Source of the DNA: Octopus bimaculoides
Taxonomy: Eukaryota
Reading direction: 5' to 3'
Assembly: GCF_001194135.2 (NCBI RefSeq)
Contig: NC_068981.1
Span: 85,416,610 to 85,457,223, forward strand
Length of the DNA stretch: 40,614 nucleotides
This document shows, piece after piece, positions 34,901 to 40,614 of this stretch. The notes below the pieces were generated by a model, which did no database searches, was not told where the DNA came from, and worked only from the letters and a program-made list of their open reading frames with translations. A program made the position numbers and the translations under genes. Position 1 is the first letter of the stretch. Each line of letters opens with the position of its first letter.

Positions 34901-37900
34901 ATTTGAAGAGAAACACATGCACTGGTTGTAATTCATCAAAATTCAACTGTTTGATAAATACATTTGAATGCTTTTGATGAAAAGGTGGTATGGCTCAGAT
35001 ATTGTGATAGTTAGAAACCATTTGTCTCTCTTTTTTTCAATGGACCAGGAGACTTAATGACTATCATATCAGCCTTTCAAGGTATCACTTGTCATTTGGG
35101 TAGAAATTTGTCGTACAGTTAAGATTTTCAGAAGATAAATTACTCAAATGGAGCCAGATATGAAATGGTTTCATACTGCGCAAGAAGAGCTCATACAACA
35201 TATTTGTTTTTCCTTAAGCTTTTAGGAAATATCCAAAGCAATCTTCTTTTGGCTCCATCATCACTTGATGTGCACATATAAGGAAAATATTCAGAAGTGT
35301 CTTTATGGCCAGAAATGTCTTCAGGAACCACAAATGTGATTCTGTACTTGCACATCAATATTTTAGTGCATTTTCATAATTTCCTGAGTTGGTCCTTCAT
35401 CATTGGCAAACAAGTCACAGATTTCAGTGAACATTCCACTGCTTTATATGGTTCATGATAATTAGAGTTGCTTTTGATTTGTGCAATTCTTGAACCCTAC
35501 CATTCAGCTGCTATTTTCACCAGGTTTCATCTAAATATTAACAGAAAATTATATAGGAATGATATGATTGTTCAAAATTTATTACTTTAAATTGATTTAA
35601 CAGAGCAGAAAATCCAATGAAACGGGAACATGTGAGGAAATCGCATGGAATAGTGATTCCATCATGGCCCATACATACAACCTGACGATGAAATTATTCC
35701 AAAAAAGGATAGATTTTATGATTGGTTACTAAGGATGATGCATATGGATCCATTGTTTTTTGAAAACAGTACAACTTTTTATATGCAATATGACAGAAAC
35801 ACAAAATTTGCAAACTGAAATTCAAAAAATGAAACTCAATGACCAAATATGTTGGGTTATAGTGGTCACATGGCAACTAATCTAATTTAAAATAAATCTT
35901 TAATTCATGTCATGTTAAACATCATGCCTTTTTCACTACCATAGATGGAGATCTCACCATAAAAAGAAGCTAGCTATGTCTGAACTTAATGTGCTACAGT
36001 CAGTTCAAAATACATGCTACTAAAACTTTGAGGGTATGAGCCAGATGTTACATCCTCACAGGTCCACAGGAAATGCAAACTCAATTATTATCATCTCATA
36101 ACAAAAAAACCCCCCACTAAATTTGGCATTTTATTGAAATGAAAAACTAATGCTGCAGCCATCAGAAAGAAATACATTGTTTGCACAATTAGTCGAGTTT
36201 TGGTGTAGAATTCATATCAGAAGGAATTTAGATGAGGCTCACCACCACCTAATCTCTTGCACACAGTAGACATCCCTTCATCTCTGTTCTAACATCACTA
36301 CAATCTCTCCAGCTCTATCCACTATTCATCATTACCAGCACTGATGATGGTAGTCCAGCACTGATGATGAGTTTCTGTTGGTTAGTAGATTACTGTTCAG
36401 TGTGTTTTTACCATCTAAAAAGAAAGGTCTGTGCAACTATTTCACAAGTAGTTGGGGGGGGGGGGTTCTCAAACATGGTCAAATGTTACACCCTTGAATA
36501 CTCCCATAACTGTGCACAGCACTAGCATGGTAAGTCCTACATGCAAAATAAGGGGTTTTGATTATTTTTATGCTTATGACGGCTTTATCAAGTTTTTTTT
36601 TTATTAGCTGGATGCTCTCTCTATCACCATCCATTTTACAGTATGAACTTGATGCATTTTATTGCACCACCAATATTAGGAATGTCATCAGCCACAACTA
36701 AAGTGTCCCCTCAACACTTTGCCAGTTTTTATTAAAGATTATTGTTCCATAACACAGGCTGCCATCCCTGCTGTATGAAGAACCATGTCTCCACCATGCA
36801 GAATTTTGTAAGACATTATCTTGCAAGTTGGGCCACCTGCTCATGACCCCACTCCCACCCATTATGTTGTGAAAGAAGTACACTGCTAACTATAAAAGTA
36901 TGAGTGGAGGATTTTCCAGTAGATATGTCATTTGTTAGGAGAATATAAATATCTAAGTGTAAAGTAGGGCAACTTGCAGGACATTTATGGGTTGAGGTAA
37001 TGGCAACTAGCCATTATACATGCCATAATGGAGCATGAGCAGCTTTACTTGGCTAGACATAAACAATACTGAATATGGTTGTCGCTTCTAGAAAAAATAA
37101 AAATATCCATCACATGAAAAGCACTCATCATCGTCATTTAATGCCCATCTTCCATGTTGACATGGGTTGGACAGTTTGATAGCTGGCCAGATAGAAGACT
37201 ACTGTGTCTCTATAAAATGGCTGATGATAAGAAGGGCATCCTGCCATAGACACTCTGTCAAAGCATATAGTAGAGCTTGGCACAGTCCTCTGCCTCAACA
37301 GTTCCTGTCAAACTGTCCAACACATGCTAGCATGGAAAATAAAATTTTAAATGATCAGCATCCAGCTGTAGAAACTCTTCCAGATCAGATTGGAGCCTGG
37401 TGCAGCCTTCTGGCTTGCCAGTCCTCAGTCAAATCGTCTAACCCATGCTAGCATGGAAAACGGACGTTAAACGATGATGATGATATATATAAGCATATAC
37501 ATATATACGCACACATACACACACAAATTATTATAAATAAGGATGGTAGATTGGTAAATTCGTTAGAGAATCAGATGAACTACCACAAAGCATTCCTGAT
37601 CTTGTGTTCAAATCCTACAGAGATCAACATTGCCTTTATCTTTGCGGAGGGTCGATAAAATATAGTACCTGTCAAGAACTAGGGCTAATGGTATATACTA
37701 ACTTCCATCCCCAATAGTGCCTAAATCAGAAACCATTATTATTATTAGAATGTTTGAGCGAATGTGTTGTTTACGTCGTAAATAATTGGAAACTTCGAGA
37801 AACAGGAAATAAATCTTGTGTGTGTGTGTGTGCGTGTGCTGACGCGTACAAGCAAGCTCTAGTCCCTGACCCAAACAGGAGGGGCAGTTAACTCCAAATA

Positions 37901-39478
37901 AGAATCGACACAGCGTGACAACCAGACCAATCCATACTGGTATGGAAAACGTAGATATGCGATGACGATTATAAATACACACACGAACACAAAATTACTT
38001 CAGAGAGAAAATGAGAGATTTGTATGTCCGAGTGAGTGTGTACATTCTCACTTTTGAACGTTAAGATGAAAAAATTTCAAAAGTGGCAAAGAATTAATTA
38101 TTTAATTTTTTCAAGATCGACCGGTTTTATTAACAACCTTGTCAACAAGCAGCCATAAATGAAATATCGAAATATTCAAGACCAATATTTCTCAATAGTA
38201 GTCATCAGCCGACAATTCAAGCTGGAAGCAGAAAATGTTTGAGCGTCGAGAACACAGCTGAATTATTCTGCCTTTATTTTTTCGTTCATTTGTATGTACA
38301 AAAACTCAACTGGGAAATTGTTTTAGAATTTAAAAGACAATCCAGTTGGAGCTTTGGAAGAAAAAAAAAAAACATTAAACATTTTTTAAAAATTTAATAA
38401 TTTTGTTGTATTAAAACGACTTACGAAAGAAAAAACTTTTTTTTTTTAAGTCAGACGTTAAATATACCCAAAATGATAGTGAGGGATTTTATTTATTTAT
38501 TTTAATACGTGTGAAATTTTGATCAGGAAACTGAAGCGTTGTTGTTGTTTAACTGCAGGTTAGCCCTAGTGGAGCAGACCTATCCCTAAAAAATATTCTA
38601 TCCCTATCCCTATTTGTATAGCGATCGGGAATGATTTGGGGCTTTAGCTGCTATTTCAAGCAAATTGAGCGACCCGGGAAAGAATTTTTCGTATATTATA
38701 AGAGATGGTAGAATAGGTAGGTTTCTCTGCTGGGGTCGACTGAGTTATCTAAATCTCACTACAATAAATACGTGGCTCTGTGTCAATGTCAAAAATCATT
38801 ATTTTATAAAGTCAGTTGATGTGTCTCTTTATGTTCTGAGTTCAAATCCTGTCAAAGTTAACATTCCATCCCTTCCTTCTGGAGTAAATAAAATAAGTTG
38901 TTTAACCTCATCCCATGTCAGCCCTGATCGAGAGGACCTACAACCAAAGGCGCTATCAACGTTACCCCTCCTCTCTCTCTCTCTCTTCTGTCTGTAGAGT
39001 TATTTGAGGGAAAGTCGGCAGTTATTTCTACCAAGTCGAGAGACCACGAAGATATTCCTTGGTTGAATCGTGGAATACTGGTTGTTTATAGCCTCATGTA
39101 AAAACTAACTGACTGAATGGAATTATTATCAAAAGCGTTCGTATGATTTAGGAACATTTAGGAACTGTTTCAATGCATCAGTTCCTTCTAAGATTGAAGG
39201 GTTACGTGGCTATTATTTCTGACAGATGGAGTTCACAAAGAGGTTCCCTTGTGATCCATTCTACCGCCTATACTTCTACAGATTTATCATTACGTGCTCT
39301 GGAATCATGAGGTCACTAAAAATAGATTCGACTTCAAGGGTTACTTTCTGCCACATTCTCGGTAATAACATCTGTTAATTACAGAATAAGCATTTCTGAA
39401 ACTGCAGTTACGTGTCAAAAGGAAAACTTAGCTTCCATAGAAGTCCAGATACAAAAGAAACCTATATCTGTAGACACA

Positions 39479-39530
<52 letters not shown>

Positions 39531-40103
39531 ATATATTATACAAAGAGACCAAATAGCCGATCATTTTTTTATTTACCTATATTCATTCTAGCCATGTATT
39601 GAGTTTCACAGCAGGTGTTTGCAGTACGTAAACTATGTTTATATATATTGTATATATCTTCCAACATTTATATATATCATAACGATTATGACATTATATA
39701 TACACTGTGCATCATTACGATTAGCATCAATATAGAAACGAGTGAATGAAATGAAATGAAATCGTAGTAGAATCGCAAGTCAATAAACAGCTGATAGGAA
39801 GGTACATCTGATAACATTAAACTGTATCTAGTTCTTTATACTATAAACCGAAGCTTTAGCTGTCAATGAACTGACTGAAAAAAAAATGTAGATGACTTGT
39901 AGGTGACGTAACCAGCCAGCAAAATGAAGCTACTTTAATAATAGAACAGATAAATAATATTTCTATAAAAATATTAGTTACAACACTGAACTATCATTTA
40001 AATATCTCGATAATATAATTTTTTTCGACCTCATTAAAGTAATAAACCCATTTATTTACCTTTCACTGTTCTCACCGCAAATTGCATACGCCTGGTCCTC
40101 CAT
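8213..40103 (-). CDS. RNF25: E3 ubiquitin-protein ligase RNF25 (RWD + RING-H2); whole gene span, 8 coding exons, 649 aa
   Basis: The spliced translation reads MEDQAYAICGENSES-GFSEELDILESIYINEL...LYPSTGDDVQKQFVCLTLQLSLPENYPNDVPAITIKNPRGL...MLYELFE...CVICLQHF...ECYHYFHCHCLGRY...VVCPVCRE...GGLIDIEAERNKYLIS. It matches RNF25-family motifs (E.LESIY, YP..VP.I.I.NPRGL, MLYELIE, CYHYFHCHCL.RY, CPVCRE, GG.ID.EAERN.Y). Exon lengths 44+72+103+68+70+234+210+1149 = 1950 nt, all introns are GT-AG and phases are consistent. Confidence 0.96.
9943..10002. repeat. (AT)n microsatellite
   Basis: About 30 uninterrupted AT units. Confidence 0.95.
10063..10316. mobile_element. TTAA-flanked non-autonomous DNA transposon (MITE), degenerate
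   Basis: Begins TTAACTTTTTTGATATC and ends GTGACAAAAGGGTT. The internal sequence is shared with 25792-26030 (TTTCAAAA.T..TTGAAA.AAAGGCA..GTATTTCAA). Confidence 0.55.
10380..11060 (-). mobile_element. RTE-clade LINE fragment (RT C-terminal region), decayed
   Basis: The reverse complement gives remnants like YLCDSISMGGGCSENIVA and GRIYDACLQNVVLHGSETWAVK, typical of the RTE RT thumb region. Confidence 0.7.
11207..11416 (-). CDS. RNF25: RNF25 coding exon 7 (VVCPVCRE...GGLIDIEAERNKYLISA)
   Basis: Poly-T acceptor TTTTTAG, donor GCA|GTAAGT. Contains the last RING CxxC pair and the conserved GG.ID.EAERN motif. Confidence 0.96.
11500..12225 (+). mobile_element. RTE-clade LINE 3' fragment, decayed
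   Basis: Remnants GRLYDT..VILHGNEIWDLNVEDMQKLERNEAGMLHWMCNV..LREKLDIRGIRCNVQ..HWFGHVM..GRERPRKTW, followed by the family 3' UTR (GGTGGTTGGTGTTAGGAAGGACATCCAG). Confidence 0.85.
12766..14076 (+). repeat. Local direct duplication of a ~300 bp unit (12766-13056 and 13744-14076), plus a partial third end at ~13530-13570
   Basis: Near-identical text in both copies, from GGCACCCAGTTATGCACTGC through CCATGTTGG(T/C)TACATATTTT. Confidence 0.9.
13057..13490 (-). mobile_element. (GAT)n-tailed RTE-related SINE
   Basis: (CAT)n-CGTTTAACGTCCGCTTTCCATGCTAGCATGGG... with an internal repeated GCCAG/CTGGCAAC unit. Confidence 0.9.
14370..15475 (+). mobile_element. RTE-clade LINE internal fragment (EN-RT linker and RT N-terminus), with stops and frameshifts
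   Basis: WKFLCDSLLSATDQICG, WWWNNMVNRAIRAKKQAWKTWK, and KAPGPS*MTVEMLK...DWCSSTIVNCYKGKVDALDKNNYRGIKLLDQVMKVTERVI. Confidence 0.9.
16335..17190 (-). mobile_element. Mariner (Tc1/mariner) transposon remnant with one probable TIR
   Basis: RTIDKLVDMAGVSWSSCQRILSEELQMKRIAAKFVPCLLT..., then a frameshift, then VITGDESCYGYDPETKLQSSQWK (first catalytic D), PYS..LA.SDFFL, and a C-terminus CISSNGEFFE. TA followed by CAAGGGGATACCCAAAAGAAACCAGAAT at 16335-16364. Confidence 0.9.
18847..19058. mobile_element. TTAA-type MITE (piggyBac-like ends)
   Basis: Left end TTAACCCTTTAGC; right end GTTAAAGGGTGAA (reverse complement TTCACCCTTTAAC, 11/13 match). Confidence 0.75.
19189..19422 (-). CDS. RNF25: RNF25 coding exon 6 (RING-H2 core: CVIC...CYHYFHCHC)
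   Basis: Acceptor CCTCAG, donor GAG|GTGATA. 78 codons, LAKESLTEGNIPRQHCVICLQHF...NENTAEKE. This frame is not listed in the supplied ORF track. Confidence 0.95.
20685..20795 (+). mobile_element. Degenerate 5' part of a tRNA-derived SINE with CORE-like CCTTGG..AA.TGTCTTCTACTATAGC motif
   Basis: Matches the reverse complement of the head of the 26712-27096 copy. Confidence 0.65.
20800..21607 (+). mobile_element. (GAT)n-tailed RTE-related SINE spanning an assembly gap
   Basis: Ends ...GGAAAGCGGACGTTAAACGATGATGATGAT; inverted relative to the 13057 and 25021 copies. Confidence 0.9.
21132..21387. other. Assembly gap (256 N)
   Basis: Run of N. Confidence 1.
21620..21815 (+). mobile_element. 3' half of the CORE-like tRNA SINE family
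   Basis: ACATCGCTTGACAACCGATGCTGGTG...CCAGCATGGCCACAGTCAAAT..CTGAAACAAGTAAAAGA is the reverse complement of 26712-26895. Confidence 0.85.
22399..22468 (-). CDS. RNF25: RNF25 coding exon 5 (LETSLKELADERKGGPMLYELFE)
   Basis: Acceptor ATTTCAG, donor GAA|GTGAGT; end of the RWD domain (MLYELxE). Confidence 0.96.
22845..22960 (-). mobile_element. 5' head of the CORE-like tRNA SINE
   Basis: AGAAGACACTTGCCCAAGGT.CCAC.CAGTGGGACTGAACC.GGAACCATGTG.TTGG.AAGCAA.CT.C.TAC.ACACAGCCA. Confidence 0.85.
23144..24956 (+). mobile_element. Internally deleted Gypsy (Mag-like) LTR retrotransposon with both LTRs
   Basis: 5' LTR 23144-23445 and 3' LTR 24650-24956 (TGTTATA...TATAACA) align with indels. PBS TGGTGACAAGGAT at 23447 is a 2-mismatch complement of the tRNA-Ser(GCU) 3' end. 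A-rich/purine tract before the 3' LTR. Gag remnant (FSPDHVANS, FSEKTSLFNTR, DFTIYADKVNR) and integrase C-terminal remnant (MFTRKVKSVFDKLLP...FKIGDKVYMRSY...WEEGKI). TSD not preserved. Confidence 0.9.
25021..25370 (-). mobile_element. (GAT)n-tailed RTE-related SINE with duplicated internal unit
   Basis: Same family as the 13057 and 21388 copies; CGAAGGCCAGTCAGGCG.TACTGGCAACGGCCACGCTC occurs twice. Confidence 0.9.
25792..26030. mobile_element. Degenerate TTAA-type MITE (same family as 10063-10316)
   Basis: Shared terminal and internal motifs with the copy at 10063. Confidence 0.5.
26477..26544 (-). CDS. RNF25: RNF25 coding exon 4 (YPNDVPAITIKNPRGLGEDELA)
   Basis: Acceptor ATTTCAG, donor AA|GTTAGT; RWD YPxxxP motif and NPRGL. 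Confidence 0.96.
26712..27096 (-). mobile_element. Full-length tRNA-derived SINE with CORE-like motif and internal (CA)/(TA) microsatellite
   Basis: Minus-strand head AGGCACAGGAGTGGCTGTGTGGTAAG...GGTTCAGTCCC (A and B boxes), then CCTTGGGCAAGTGTCTTCT, and a tail ending GAAACGAGTAAAAGAG. Confidence 0.9.
27750..28295 (+). mobile_element. Internally deleted mariner transposase remnant
   Basis: RFGVKLSKNTTETYEMLQAAYG (HTH), PSGQTVNKEYFVE, HPSNSPDLVPCGFWLFHKLK (YSPDL motif region), and CIEVQGAYFEGD*. Confidence 0.9.
28330..28900 (+). mobile_element. RTE LINE 3' RT fragment plus adjacent SINE-tail fragment
   Basis: DLFERNEASKLCRICNVSVHVQQSTNMLQEKLGIRGIRYNVQERRLSWCDQVMCM..SIKK..VEGTCGRERPRRT. Confidence 0.85.
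29296..29618 (-). mobile_element. Full-length tRNA-derived SINE (V-domain-like) with 13-bp target-site duplication
   Basis: Head GGCACGTGGCTTAGTGGTTAGGG...GAGTTCGATTCCC, then CCTTGAGCAAGACACTT..GCTCCAGTCCACTCAGCTG. TSD TTCTGTACCTCTA at 29283-29295 and 29619-29631. Confidence 0.9.
29720..30085. mobile_element. Two abutting diverged SINE fragments (RTE-tail family +, CORE-like family -)
   Basis: GTGGTTGGCATTAGGAAGACATCCAGCTG, then CAAATCCACTCACAAGG...AGAAGACAC.TGCC.AA. Confidence 0.7.
30250..30630 (-). mobile_element. Full-length diverged CORE-like tRNA SINE
   Basis: Collinear with 26712-27096. Confidence 0.85.
30703..30805 (-). CDS. RNF25: RNF25 coding exon 3 (GSVQQITCQLYPSTGDDVQKQFVCLTLQLSLPEN)
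   Basis: Acceptor TTTGCAG, donor AAT|GTAAGT; 103 nt; RWD beta strands. Confidence 0.95.
30870..31590 (-). mobile_element. 5' half of a mariner element (ATG at 31413), decayed
   Basis: MDKIWHCDIIKYLQRKGLAPNNIHTDMIATLEDDAPALSTV*YWVAEFRRGRDSFENDPGSGCPATATTEENIDCVHH...ILHNELG, which is the mariner HTH region. Confidence 0.85.
32400..32471 (-). CDS. RNF25: RNF25 coding exon 2 (GFSEELDILESIYINELTVERDD)
   Basis: Acceptor TTTTCAG, donor TG|GTAAGG; contains the RWD helix-1 motif EEL..LESIY. Confidence 0.95.
33390..34330 (-). mobile_element. RTE LINE endonuclease-region fragment, decayed
   Basis: AGDLNG...EFCNMNYLIICNTNFRKLSSYLNTY...TKSFLSKECTTQH resembles the APE domain end of RTE elements. Confidence 0.8.
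34650..35520 (-). mobile_element. Possible Helitron PIF1-helicase remnant, heavily decayed
   Basis: Short collinear peptide traces (ATLII, AVECSLK, IALDI, FLTITIS..PHL..K, HDNI, FPIAL, VGIY) appear in the order expected for Helitron helicases. There are many frameshifts. Confidence 0.4.
37128..37485. mobile_element. Two RTE-tail SINE fragments in opposite orientation
   Basis: CATCATCGTCATTTAATGCCC..TTCCATGTTGACATGGGTTGG (-), and CATCCAGCTGTAGAAACTCT...CATGCTAGCATGGAAAACGGACGTTAAACGATGATGAT (+). Confidence 0.75.
37540..37748 (+). mobile_element. Diverged tRNA SINE of the family clustered at 5520-6512
   Basis: TGTGTTCAAATCC...TTGCCTTTATC..GGGTCGATAAAATATAGTACC, with an (ATT)n tail. Confidence 0.7.
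39481..39525. repeat. (AT)n microsatellite
   Basis: Directly visible. Confidence 0.95.
40060..40103 (-). CDS. RNF25: RNF25 coding exon 1 (MEDQAYAICGENSE+AG)
   Basis: ATG at 40103-40101, 14 codons plus 2 nt, donor AG|GTAAAT. The phase-2 end matches the start of exon 2. This N-terminus is poorly conserved, so the call rests on phase, donor and position. Confidence 0.75.
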
Positions 40104-40193
40104 ATTACAGTCTCGCACTGAACGTATTTCACACCGCAGATAATAACTTATGTAATTCCGATATAAATCGCTTAAATTTCACATCTTTATCTG
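40104..40193 (-). promoter_or_regulatory. RNF25 5' UTR segment with probable 3' splice site of an upstream UTR intron
   Basis: On the minus strand TTTTGTTTTGTTTCAG ends at 40191, 87 nt upstream of the ATG. No clear upstream donor was found in the window. Confidence 0.45.
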
Positions 40194-40614
40194 AAACAAA
40201 ACAAAACAAAATAACGTGAGGCGATCTTTGAGTTTAACGTGCCACTTGCACTTTTTTTTTTATTAACTTTAGTTATTATTTGTTCGCCAATCTTAGAAAA
40301 TTTGTTTCATTTCTTTTGTGTGTGTGTGATGCTATGCTGCGGCAAGTTTATGTCACTGAGGATATATTTTTTTTAATTTTTGGTGCAATTTAATATTTGT
40401 ATGTGTTGTTGTTGTTGTTGGAGCTGTTATTGTTGTTTAAGATGTGAGTGTGGGATTATATCAGATTGTTTTGAATATTGTAGTTTTTTTTGTGTGTGTG
40501 TGTGTGGTTTATAAGATAGGATGGTACGATAAAAGAGAGATTTGGCGTTGGTTTCCAGCCAGCTGACCGACTGCATAGAAGTAAAATAATCCAATTGTTC
40601 AAATTTTTTTGTTG

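Noticed and set aside
36335-36369. Duplicated CCAGCACTGATGATG as C/D-box snoRNA or hammerhead
   Set aside because: The C and D boxes would be under 20 nt apart and there is no GAAA core. It is a simple 20-nt-period duplication.
38130-38220. Alternative coding exon 1 for RNF25 (ATGGCTGCT...)
   Set aside because: That ATG hits TGA after 4 codons, and the phase-compatible frame has an upstream stop and no ATG.

Overview
AT-rich, repeat-dense animal genomic DNA. The repeat families look like those of octopus, which is my inference from recognised repeats and not a database result. The window holds one complete protein-coding gene, RNF25 (RWD domain plus RING-H2 E3 ubiquitin ligase), on the minus strand. 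I reconstructed it by hand as 8 coding exons: complement(join(8213..9361,11207..11416,19189..19422,22399..22468,26477..26544,30703..30805,32400..32471,40060..40103)). That is 1950 nt and 649 aa, with GT-AG introns and consistent phases throughout. The introns and flanks contain several tRNA-derived SINE families, RTE LINE fragments, three mariner remnants, TTAA-type MITEs, an internally deleted two-LTR Gypsy element, a probable Helitron remnant, microsatellites and a 256-N assembly gap. The left end has the 5' part of an LTR retrotransposon (minus strand) back-to-back with a small TATA-box/intron/ORF unit of unknown identity. The most interesting leads are: (1) a tRNA-headed repeat with a hammerhead-ribozyme-like tail; (2) near-identical inverted SINE pairs bracketing RNF25 exons; (3) a Gypsy deletion patched with LINE sequence; (4) the unidentified small gene; (5) a start-stop uORF and a long disordered C-terminus in RNF25. 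No prokaryotic features or CRISPR arrays are present.
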